64,000 nucleotides of DNA from IMG/VR virus record IMGVR_UViG_3300028772_000011, positions 29,275 through 93,274 of that record. One strand, 5' to 3'. This DNA is from a virus. A program made the position numbers and the translations under genes. Shown here piece by piece: positions 56,436-64,000 of this stretch (positions are counted from its first letter, which is position 1; every line of letters starts with the position of its first letter). Under the pieces are notes generated by a model, which saw only the letters and a program-made list of their open reading frames with translations, had not been told where the DNA came from and ran no database searches.

Positions 56436-57305
56436 ATGATATTAAACAAAAAAGTTTTTTCAGAATTAGATTCAACTATTAAATATGTTTTTGTTAATGA
56501 TGATAATTTCACATTAGAATTCTCATATATTAATAAAAATGATGGTAAAGACATTATATGTGCTCCAAGCCAAACTATGTGTAATATGGCTTGTAAATTT
56601 TGTCATTGTACAGACCACATTGGTAAAATTAAATCTGAAAATTTAAAACGCCCAGATCTAATTGATGGTATTCAATATATTATCGATGATTTAAAATTAA
56701 CAGATGATAAAATGTTGCTAATTAGCTTCATGGGAATAGGTGAACCAATATTGAACTGGAGTAACATTCTATGTGTGATGATGCATTTTTATAATAAAAG
56801 GGATAAAAATAATATTAGATTTGCTATTGCGACTGCTATATCACATTTTGCTTGGGTTGACTTTTTTAATTTTACAAATGTAGTTGAAAAGATGAAAATA
56901 CCAGTGAAATTACATTTATCATTACATTATACCGATGACATAACAAGAAAAGAATGGATGCCATCTTCTTTAGGTATTTATAGTTCAATAGCCGCTGTTA
57001 ATTTTTATAGGCATATAACTGGAAATAAAGTTGAAATACATTACGCTTTGATTGATGGTTTAAATGATTCGGAACAAGATGCAATTTATTTATCTCAATT
57101 ATTAGAAGATAAAGATATGGATGTTAAATTTTTATTTTTTAATGAAAAAGAATCATTAGATTACCATCGTTCAAATAAAGATAAATTAGATGTCTTTAAA
57201 AAATATTTTGGTCAATGGGATATAAATTTTGAATATTATATTCCTCCAGGATTAGATATCGGCGCAAGCTGTGGCCAATTCCTTATGGATAATTATATTA
57301 ATTAA
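56436..57305 (+). CDS. rlmN: RlmN/Cfr-family radical SAM methyltransferase
   Basis: CAPSQTMCNMACKFC, FMGIGEP, LSLH, LNDS, DIGASCGQ. Confidence 0.85.
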   Translation: MILNKKVFSELDSTIKYVFVNDDNFTLEFSYINKNDGKDIICAPSQTMCNMACKFCHCTDHIGKIKSENLKRPDLIDGIQYIIDDLKLTDDKMLLISFMGIGEPILNWSNILCVMMHFYNKRDKNNIRFAIATAISHFAWVDFFNFTNVVEKMKIPVKLHLSLHYTDDITRKEWMPSSLGIYSSIAAVNFYRHITGNKVEIHYALIDGLNDSEQDAIYLSQLLEDKDMDVKFLFFNEKESLDYHRSNKDKLDVFKKYFGQWDINFEYYIPPGLDIGASCGQFLMDNYIN

Positions 57306-57317
57306 AATATTTAATAA

Positions 57318-57791
57318 GTGAAAAAAGTATACCAACAACTAATCGATAACAACAAAGGTGATTGTATGCAAGCCGCAGTTGCGAGTTTATTTGATTTAGA
57401 ATTAGATGAGGTACCAAAATTCATCGAATTAAATGAACCATTTCATCATTTTATGCAATTTGCTTTGGATAGTGGTTATGAAATAAAAGGGACTTTATAT
57501 AATTACTCACATGTTAATGGTGGTAAATACTCCTCAATACACAGGCTACAAACCAAAGGCTATAATGGAATAAAAGGTTACTTTTTTGCAAGTGTATTTT
57601 CACCAAAATACTATGATTATTCTAAATCAATTAATGAATACCAAGTAACTCATGCTGTATTAATTGATAAAGACTATAACATAGTGTTTGATCCAAATCC
57701 AAATAATGATGGATTGACAACCTACCCTATGAACGATATACTTGGATATAATGGCATTAAAGATATAATTGTAATAGAAGAAAAAAATTAA
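57318..57791 (+). CDS. putative papain-like Cys-His-Asp protein
   Basis: GDCMQAAVASL..THAVL..FDPNP. Confidence 0.45.
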   Translation: MKKVYQQLIDNNKGDCMQAAVASLFDLELDEVPKFIELNEPFHHFMQFALDSGYEIKGTLYNYSHVNGGKYSSIHRLQTKGYNGIKGYFFASVFSPKYYDYSKSINEYQVTHAVLIDKDYNIVFDPNPNNDGLTTYPMNDILGYNGIKDIIVIEEKN

Positions 57792-57794
57792 TTA

Positions 57795-57983
57795 ATGAAA
57801 AAAATACTTGAATCAGAATATCTGAACGCAAAATCTATTGTTGAGCAATACAATAAACAGATAAAATGTGAATGTAAAAATACTATACACAGGGTATTTC
57901 ATGATACTCACCCATACGGGCAAAGTATATCATATGATGAATGTCAAGAATGTGGTGAATGGAAAAATTTTACGACTTTTTGA
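57795..57983 (+). CDS. small zinc-ribbon protein
   Basis: CEC..CQEC. Confidence 0.55.
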   Translation: MKKILESEYLNAKSIVEQYNKQIKCECKNTIHRVFHDTHPYGQSISYDECQECGEWKNFTTF

Positions 57984-57985
57984 GT

Positions 57986-58186
57986 ATGAAGAAAAAAGAA
58001 TATAGAATCGATGAAATAATGGAGACTATTTTGGCTCGTGAAATTAGAAATGTAATGAATGATGAGATAATAAATAGTATCAAGGAGAACCGTAAACCAA
58101 ACTTGAAACCAATGATTTTTAATTCTATTGAAGATAAAGAACAGTATAAAAAGAACTTTGATAAAATTATTAATCGAGACATTTAA
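57986..58186 (+). CDS. hypothetical protein
   Basis: start moved to ATG 57986. Confidence 0.55.
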   Translation: MKKKEYRIDEIMETILAREIRNVMNDEIINSIKENRKPNLKPMIFNSIEDKEQYKKNFDKIINRDI

Positions 58187-58187
58187 T

Positions 58188-58745
58188 ATGGGAAGAAAGA
58201 AAATAGGAATTGATTTAGACACCACATTAAATAATTTAATGGAACATTGGTTAGATTGTTACAACAAAGATTACAATGACAATTTAAAACAATGGGATAC
58301 CTGGGCAGTCGATAAGCACGTTAAACCTGAATGTGGTGTAAAAATATTTGATTATCTAACTAAACCAAGTTTTTTTTATAATTTAGACATAAAACAAAAT
58401 GCTGTTGAGGTAATTGATTTTTTAATGTTACATTTCGATGTTTATATTGTTACTGCATATCTACCAGAAACATGTTTGGATAAAGCCAATTGGGTTAAAA
58501 AATCCATCCCTAATTTAAAGTCAGAAAATATAATATTCATTAATAACAAAAGCTTACTTGATTTAGATTTTCTAATAGATGATGGTCCTCATAATATAGA
58601 ATCATTTAGTCCACTCAAGGAAGCTATTATCTACGATATGCCTTACAACCGTTATTTGGATTATGATGCTTTCCAAGTGTGGGATAGGGTACATAATTGG
58701 AATGAAATAAAACAATTATTCATCGATAAATACATTAAACAATAA
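58188..58745 (+). CDS. 5'(3')-deoxyribonucleotidase (HAD, NT5C family)
   Basis: IGIDLDTTL, YIVTA, KANW, LIDDGPHN, PYN. Confidence 0.88.
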   Translation: MGRKKIGIDLDTTLNNLMEHWLDCYNKDYNDNLKQWDTWAVDKHVKPECGVKIFDYLTKPSFFYNLDIKQNAVEVIDFLMLHFDVYIVTAYLPETCLDKANWVKKSIPNLKSENIIFINNKSLLDLDFLIDDGPHNIESFSPLKEAIIYDMPYNRYLDYDAFQVWDRVHNWNEIKQLFIDKYIKQ

Positions 58746-58749
58746 GATA

Positions 58750-58986
58750 ATGAAAACAATAATATCTTTATTAAAAACGAGCTTTATACTATTAATAAAG
58801 CTGGATAAGACTATTTATCTTTTATGGTTTATAGCATTCATATCTTTATGCTTCTCATATCCAAATACATTTCTTTTGAAACTCCTTTTAATTAGTGGTT
58901 TATTGTCAATTGGATTTGTTTTATTCGTAGTTATAATCGCGGTAATATGTTACAGTGTAGAAAACAAAAATAAAGATGGAAAATAA
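58750..58986 (+). CDS. small two-TM membrane protein
   Basis: two hydrophobic segments. Confidence 0.55.
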   Translation: MKTIISLLKTSFILLIKLDKTIYLLWFIAFISLCFSYPNTFLLKLLLISGLLSIGFVLFVVIIAVICYSVENKNKDGK

Positions 58987-59209
58987 AGCATTAAGGGTTT
59001 ATTTACAAGATGAGAAGAAATCTAAAGTATTAGCGTTAAGGAAAAATGACCATTTTGAAATGAAATTTGATTATTCTAAAATGGTTGAATTGAGAAATAA
59101 TGGTTGGTTTATATATGCAATAAATGAAGAAGGTGTGTTTTTATTCTTAGCTAATTGTGATTTTGATGGTAATGATTGGTGTAAAATAACAATTAAAGAT
59201 TTTAAATAA
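58976..59209 (+). CDS. hypothetical protein
   Basis: 77-aa ORF. Confidence 0.6.
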   Translation: MENKALRVYLQDEKKSKVLALRKNDHFEMKFDYSKMVELRNNGWFIYAINEEGVFLFLANCDFDGNDWCKITIKDFK

Positions 59210-59210
59210 G

Positions 59211-59591
59211 ATGGAAATAGAGGTAAAAAATTGCAATAATTGTCCTTTTAAGGTAGTGGACTATGATAGTGAGTGTGTCGGTTTTGATACTGTTGAAAAA
59301 TGTAATTTAAGCTCATTTGTAGATCAAAAATATGAAGCAATTGCAGTATATGATAGCTTCCGTGACGAATGTTCGGATGCCGATGAATGTGATTATTGTA
59401 AAAATTATTGGAATGAATACCATCAAAACATAAAATTGAATCTACCAGAACCAACATTTGATGAATCAAAATGCGAGTGTGATAGATTAAGACAAGAATA
59501 TATTGATAACTTACCAGTAGTGGAATTTAAATCTCCTGATTGGTGTCCACTAATTGAATTAAAAGAAATAAATATTAAATTAAAAAATTAA
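59211..59591 (+). CDS. Cys-rich hypothetical protein
   Basis: CNNCPF..PDWCPL. Confidence 0.65.
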   Translation: MEIEVKNCNNCPFKVVDYDSECVGFDTVEKCNLSSFVDQKYEAIAVYDSFRDECSDADECDYCKNYWNEYHQNIKLNLPEPTFDESKCECDRLRQEYIDNLPVVEFKSPDWCPLIELKEINIKLKN

Positions 59592-59596
59592 ATTAT

Positions 59597-59836
59597 ATGC
59601 TTGATAGAATAATAGAATGTTATGATGATGAAGAACTTTTAGCCCCATGCGGTTTTGATGATGCTGTCATTGGTATTGACGAGAATTCAATGAGATTAAT
59701 ATATTCCGTATCAAAGTGTGTTAAAATATTAATGAAAGACATGAACTATGAAGATGCACTTGAACATTTTAGTAACAACATTAGTGGTGGTTATGTCGGT
59801 GAAAAAACACCTATTTGGTGTGAAGACATTTTTTAA
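59597..59836 (+). CDS. conserved phage hypothetical protein
   Basis: GFDDAVIG..YSVSKC..EDALEHF..NI.GGYVGEKTP. Confidence 0.7.
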   Translation: MLDRIIECYDDEELLAPCGFDDAVIGIDENSMRLIYSVSKCVKILMKDMNYEDALEHFSNNISGGYVGEKTPIWCEDIF

Positions 59837-59860
59837 ATAAAAAACTAAAAAACTAAAAAT

Positions 59861-60583
59861 ATGAGAACATTCAAATTAATAGAAGAATATTATGGCTCAC
59901 CAGTATTGGGTACAGTTATTAGAGAAGATACAAACTATCAATTGGTTTCAGAACAAGTTGAAATATTCCAAATGTATAAGGTATTAAAGTATCCAAAACA
60001 TTGGAAAGAATTTGCCGAAGTTGATTATACAGGTGTTAAATTTAAGTGTAATAATAGTGATATCATATATGATATTATTGAAAAAACATTTAATGTGTAC
60101 ACTATAACGTGGGAAAATGAAACAGTACAAGAAAAATTTAAAATATTCAATGTAAACGAATGTTTCGAAAGTGGCGAATGGACTAAAATAGATGAAACCC
60201 CAAAATATTTTGTTGATATTGATCCAGCAACTGGTATAGATAGTGATTTTGTCACGTTCAGACTTTTATTCGGTAAAATGGAACAAATATTTCCAGATAA
60301 AAAACCAGGATTTGAATTATTAAGTTATATAGTTGAAAAACCAAAAATGAATGGTCCAATCACTGGAAAATTTGAAGAAATTAAGATTTATAAAATCAAA
60401 AGGTTATCAGATAATCAATTTTTTAAAATTGGTGATAAAATAAAATTACCTATTGGGGATACTGTATATGAAATAACAAAATTTAATTATAAACTAACGA
60501 AATATGAAGAATTAATGGTTGGTCTTGGTGATAATATTTGTGAGGTTGCATTATCAAACCTATCAAACCTAATAAAAATATGA
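59861..60583 (+). CDS. hypothetical protein, paralog of 54800-55882
   Basis: FKLIEEYYGSP..; KIKRLSDNQFFKIGD. Confidence 0.7.
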   Translation: MRTFKLIEEYYGSPVLGTVIREDTNYQLVSEQVEIFQMYKVLKYPKHWKEFAEVDYTGVKFKCNNSDIIYDIIEKTFNVYTITWENETVQEKFKIFNVNECFESGEWTKIDETPKYFVDIDPATGIDSDFVTFRLLFGKMEQIFPDKKPGFELLSYIVEKPKMNGPITGKFEEIKIYKIKRLSDNQFFKIGDKIKLPIGDTVYEITKFNYKLTKYEELMVGLGDNICEVALSNLSNLIKI

Positions 60584-61032
60584 AAAACTTTTACATGAAC
60601 GTAGGTGATCTACTAAAAAAATTAAAAGGAATGGATATTCCAGATGATGTCCCTGTGGTTTATCAACGAATTGAAGATAGATATTTTGATGGTAATGATA
60701 TCAGTGGAATGCGCGGGTCAGCATCAAGTGGAGCAATTGATGGGGTATTCCCTCCAGGAACAAAATCAAAAGGTTGGGATACAGTAAAGATTAAAGGTGA
60801 TTTATATTATCAAATGGTTCACCATAACGAACAATTAGACAGAGGTAAACTTGTCAATGAAGGTAAATTAGACGAAGATGAGGTTGGTAGATACTATTGG
60901 TCAGATGAATATAAAGATGTTCGAGAATATTATGATCTTAATGATGAAAAATTACTTGATGAATATGTTGGAGTGTTTGATTGTTTCTATGACGAAGAAA
61001 AAAACGTACTTTGTATAACAGCACATTATTAG
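60580..61032 (+). CDS. hypothetical protein
   Basis: 150-aa ORF, ATGA overlap. Confidence 0.7.
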   Translation: MKNFYMNVGDLLKKLKGMDIPDDVPVVYQRIEDRYFDGNDISGMRGSASSGAIDGVFPPGTKSKGWDTVKIKGDLYYQMVHHNEQLDRGKLVNEGKLDEDEVGRYYWSDEYKDVREYYDLNDEKLLDEYVGVFDCFYDEEKNVLCITAHY

Positions 61033-61035
61033 ACT

Positions 61036-61419
61036 ATGATTAATAATATATTAAAATGCTGGAATCACATTCCATATACGATTAAACATTATATTGCCTT
61101 TTTAAAACTCCAAAAGAAATTACTTGGTTATTCCAAATATAAATTTCATGACTTGGATAAAATATTTATGTATATATTAATTCCGTTTATTGGTACTAAA
61201 AGAATAAAAAAAATCCATAAAGCTATTAATAGACACCATATTATTGATACAAAGCGTAGAAGTTGTAACTACGAGGAAGCAATTATTGATTGGGAATGTT
61301 CTCGATCAACAAAACCAGATAAACCATATACGGCCAGAGACGTTGCAAATTTTCCCAAATTTAAAAATACAAAACATTATCCTGAGTTAATTAAACAACT
61401 TAATAAGTTTAATCTTTAA
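61036..61419 (+). CDS. HD-like metal-binding protein (DUF5662-like)
   Basis: HDLDK..HKAINRHH..IIDWEC. Confidence 0.55.
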   Translation: MINNILKCWNHIPYTIKHYIAFLKLQKKLLGYSKYKFHDLDKIFMYILIPFIGTKRIKKIHKAINRHHIIDTKRRSCNYEEAIIDWECSRSTKPDKPYTARDVANFPKFKNTKHYPELIKQLNKFNL

Positions 61420-61489
61420 TAATAAAAGATAAGTGTGAATATTGTAACTTATAATAAAAAATACTTTAAAATTATTAAAATTATTATTG

Positions 61490-61497
61490 TATTTATA
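61490..61497 (+). promoter_or_regulatory. late promoter TATTTATA
   Basis: 14 nt before ATG 61512. Confidence 0.55.
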
Positions 61498-61511
61498 TAA
61501 AAACAAATATC

Positions 61512-61904
61512 ATGATTATATTAATAATACTTTCTATCTTATTAGCGTTGCTTTCTGGTATAGCTAAAGCAGTTTGTGATACATCATCGATAAATGGCTC
61601 GAGTGATAAACTTTCTTCTTTAAAACAAAGCTATTGGCGTAAATCAATTAGCTCTGTAAACAAGTGGAAAAATAACGACCCAAAACAAGGTGAAAAATTC
61701 TGGGGTAGTTCCACTGTTTTAGTATCACTAACAGACGCTTGGCATTTATTTGATGTCATACGAGATTTTAGTTTTATATTCTGTGGAATAACCTTGGTTT
61801 TTATATTTAATGTTAATGGTATATCTCTTTGGTATATATTATTACTTTATCCAATAAAACAATCGATATTTGAAATATTTTATCGCTGGCTTAGAAAGCC
61901 ATAA
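61512..61904 (+). CDS. late membrane protein
   Basis: N-terminal TM, TDAWH motif, two C-terminal hydrophobic segments. Confidence 0.65.
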   Translation: MIILIILSILLALLSGIAKAVCDTSSINGSSDKLSSLKQSYWRKSISSVNKWKNNDPKQGEKFWGSSTVLVSLTDAWHLFDVIRDFSFIFCGITLVFIFNVNGISLWYILLLYPIKQSIFEIFYRWLRKP

Positions 61905-61980
61905 AAAGGAAAACCCATCAGGTAGCGATACTCGATGGGTTTATTTTTCGCCGAAACGAAACAACGGTCCTAAACGTTAT
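61905..61980 (-). ncRNA. three-hairpin structured element ending in a bidirectional terminator
   Basis: minus strand AUAACG-UUUAGGAC-CGUUGU, UUUCGU-UUCG-GCGAAA, AAACCCAUC/GAUGGGUUU plus U-tract. Confidence 0.5.
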
Positions 61981-61984
61981 GATT

Positions 61985-62650
61985 CTACCTATTTGGAAAA
62001 GTTTCTTTTTTATTTGCTGTTCTGGAAAGATTCTGTAAAAATTTTGCTAATTTTTGACCCTTATCACCCAATTTACCCTGTTGAAGAGCATTCATGACTT
62101 CTGAAATACCAGCACTTGCTAAGAAAACACCAACGGTACCAGCAGCAACAGGTATTAATTCTTCAAAACCCTCATTAATAGTAGATTCATCTATATCAGG
62201 ATTAACATTAGAATATTTATCCTTGTTTTTAATAGCCTTTTTGAACATTCTACTAATCAATTGTAATGTAGGTATGCCATCATATTCCATATCACGGCTT
62301 CTAATTATATCAACATTTGGTTTACCTTGGTTGGAATGAGGTGAATAACTAACAATTTTCAAAGCACCATTTCTATAAATAATTGGATCATAAGTATATG
62401 GTTCTTCCCAAGTACTATTAGGTTCAATTACACCAATTTTATCGCCATCTGAATCGACCGCCTGGGCTATTAATTCATTAATTTGATTTACATATTTTTC
62501 AATTTTTGGGATATTACGAGCAACACCTTCTTTTATTTGATTTTTCGAAATAGTTATTTTTTTTGATTCACCCAATAGAATCGTTTGGTTTTCTATAGTT
62601 TCACTTACCATAGAACGTAATACGCTTTCTTTAACCTTTATTTTTGTCAT
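61985..62650 (-). CDS. putative head-internal protein
   Basis: KIKVKESVLRSMVSETIE and KKITISKNQIKE motifs; late operon. Confidence 0.6.
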   Translation of the reverse strand: MTKIKVKESVLRSMVSETIENQTILLGESKKITISKNQIKEGVARNIPKIEKYVNQINELIAQAVDSDGDKIGVIEPNSTWEEPYTYDPIIYRNGALKIVSYSPHSNQGKPNVDIIRSRDMEYDGIPTLQLISRMFKKAIKNKDKYSNVNPDIDESTINEGFEELIPVAAGTVGVFLASAGISEVMNALQQGKLGDKGQKLAKFLQNLSRTANKKETFPNR

Positions 62651-62672
62651 TTTATATTTATTTTAATTGTAT

Positions 62673-63008
62673 TTATGATATATAAAAATTTAATTCGTAA
62701 TTATTCCCCCTACCAAAATTTAACCCCATATTATATACTTGTATACTGAGAGTTTTTCGAGTTAATTTTTCATCTTTCCACAATCCAATATTTGCTTTTG
62801 TAGTTTGACCATCCCTTGGTTTACCCTGACCAACATTAATCTGATTAAACCAATCATCTTCATCCACCACATAACCTTTGGATTCAGCTATTGACCTTGC
62901 ATATTGGACCGCACCTGAAAATGTAGACCAATATACGTTTTCAGACACGGCTTCTTTTATGAATTTTTTAATTAAAGTTTTTAATTTAATAGTATCTTGA
63001 TCGTTCAT
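62673..63008 (-). CDS. putative head-internal protein
   Basis: LKTLIKKFIKEAVSE N-terminal motif; first gene after late promoter. Confidence 0.6.
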   Translation of the reverse strand: MNDQDTIKLKTLIKKFIKEAVSENVYWSTFSGAVQYARSIAESKGYVVDEDDWFNQINVGQGKPRDGQTTKANIGLWKDEKLTRKTLSIQVYNMGLNFGRGNNYELNFYIS

Positions 63009-63016
63009 TATTTTTT

Positions 63017-63031
63017 ATTTTAATATAAATA
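63017..63031 (-). promoter_or_regulatory. late promoter TATTTATATTAAAAT
   Basis: exact 15-mer. Confidence 0.7.
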
Positions 63032-63080
63032 CAACTGACTATTAAAATAGTAGCATTTTATTTAAATTATTTCAACTCAA

Positions 63081-63114
63081 AAGTTGTTTTTTTAATATTT
63101 TATACGTATATTTG
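63081..63114 (+). promoter_or_regulatory. Bacteroidota sigma-A-type promoter
   Basis: AAGTTG-N20-TATATTTG. Confidence 0.75.
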
Positions 63115-63135
63115 TTTTGAAATTAAAAATCAAAC

Positions 63136-63324
63136 ATGGAAGAAGTAAAAATGTATTGTGATAGTAACGGGCAGATAACAAAAGAAGGTCTTGAAAAATT
63201 CCTTGATTACGAAATTAATGATTTTAAAGTTGAACCAGTAATATACCAAGGCAAAGAAGTAGGGTTAAGTATTATGGTACATACAAAACAACAAATTGAA
63301 CATATCAATATTGATTTTAAATAA
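63136..63324 (+). CDS. hypothetical protein
   Basis: 62-aa ORF after promoter. Confidence 0.6.
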   Translation: MEEVKMYCDSNGQITKEGLEKFLDYEINDFKVEPVIYQGKEVGLSIMVHTKQQIEHINIDFK

Positions 63325-63330
63325 TTGAGG

Positions 63331-63882
63331 ATGAAAGTAAGTAGAATTGAAAGTATTGGTTCATGGGTAAGAGCAATAGATAAAGCGCGTAGGACAATTG
63401 GAAAAGAACCAAATGGAAAAGAACCAACTGATAGTTGGAAATCAAAAATGTTATTGGCTGAACATTCACCAATACGGATGGTTGAATATGATTGGACATG
63501 GGTTGATATAAAACAATATGTAACCGCACACCTTGTTAGACATCATATAGGTACAGAAAAGTTTGTTAGAACGCAACGAACTGATAGAACAAATATTAAT
63601 AGGGATGAATTAAAGCAATCTACATTAAACGATATGGATATGACCGCAAATGCTCAGGCTCTAATCAACATATCAAGAAAAAGATTATGTAATTGTGCAT
63701 CAAAGGAAACTCGTGAAGCATGGAAAGCAGTAATTGATGAAATAAACTTAATTGATCCAATCATGGCAAGTAAGTGTGTACCCGAATGTTTATATCGGGG
63801 TTTTTGTCCAGAATTCATGAATCCATGTGGATATAGTAAAACGGAAAAATATATAACTGATTTAGAGGTATATCGAAAATAG
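63331..63882 (+). CDS. thyX: ThyX-like flavin-dependent thymidylate synthase (divergent)
   Basis: AEHSP, HLVRH, NAQALINISRKRLC..A..ET.., VPEC..G.CPE. Confidence 0.65.
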   Translation: MKVSRIESIGSWVRAIDKARRTIGKEPNGKEPTDSWKSKMLLAEHSPIRMVEYDWTWVDIKQYVTAHLVRHHIGTEKFVRTQRTDRTNINRDELKQSTLNDMDMTANAQALINISRKRLCNCASKETREAWKAVIDEINLIDPIMASKCVPECLYRGFCPEFMNPCGYSKTEKYITDLEVYRK

Positions 63883-63945
63883 TTCAATAAAGGTTATATA
63901 ATTCTGTTATAAACTTGTAAGATTCTTAGTTAAATAAAGCCAACG

Positions 63946-63979
63946 AACTTGTAATTTAAAAAAAATAGTGGTACATTTG
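63946..63979 (+). promoter_or_regulatory. Bacteroidota sigma-A-type promoter
   Basis: AACTTG-N20-TACATTTG. Confidence 0.75.
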
Positions 63980-64000
63980 TATAAAATTAATATGGTGGTA

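Noticed and set aside
61958-61980. Resemblance to SAM/SAH riboswitch or pistol ribozyme cores
   Set aside because: Only a few nucleotides match, key pairings are missing, and no gene lies downstream on the plus strand
545-63887. Many short antisense or off-frame ORFs in the track (e.g. 2551-2856, 15342-15581, 32846-33268, 40019-40402, 47373-47957)
   Set aside because: They lie within better-supported genes, often start at TTG/GTG and have shadow-like composition
1-64000. CRISPR array, tRNA or rRNA genes
   Set aside because: No regularly spaced repeat-spacer units or cloverleaf/T-loop signatures seen in the short intergenic gaps; tRNAscan-SE and a CRISPR finder were not run
1-64000. Stop-codon reassignment as in some Bacteroidota phages
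   Set aside because: Conserved genes are full-length in the standard code, and TAG and TGA end genes at sensible positions
1-64000. Reverse transcriptase, diversity-generating retroelement, integrase or IS element
   Set aside because: No RT, recombinase or transposase motifs and no template/variable repeat pair noticed

Overview
This very AT-rich 64 kb window comes from a large T4-like (gp23/gp21) myovirus, probably a jumbo phage, read in the standard genetic code. Its host is most likely Bacteroidota: ten intergenic promoters match TTG-N20-TA(C/T)ATTTG, and genes have A-rich leaders with no obvious Shine-Dalgarno sequence. It holds a head module (major capsid, scaffold, prohead protease), baseplate/tail genes, a GH19 endolysin, replication/recombination genes (primase, Mre11/gp47-like nuclease, RuvC, UvrD-like helicase) and two DNA methyltransferases. 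It also has four glycosyltransferases, PhoH, DnaJ, two sigma-like factors, nucleotide enzymes and five free-standing endonucleases. A second promoter class, TATTTATA(TTAAAAT), precedes virion genes. The main leads are: (1) late-expressed modular proteins sharing a short amphipathic motif that ends in a prohead-protease-type (I/L)xE site and carrying nucleotidyltransferase, ADP-ribosyltransferase-like, zincin and WYL-like domains, a candidate capsid-cargo effector system; (2) a 141-aa mini-paralog of the major capsid protein built from two distant gp23 segments; (3) a candidate -1 frameshift in a head-protein gene; (4) a minimal SerRS-like plus MazG-like gene pair; (5) an RlmN/Cfr-like radical SAM enzyme; (6) an ABABABA zinc-repeat endonuclease with an unannotated RHH partner; (7) several structured RNA candidates. 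No tRNA, rRNA or CRISPR array was seen. All calls were made by eye from motifs; no searches were run.
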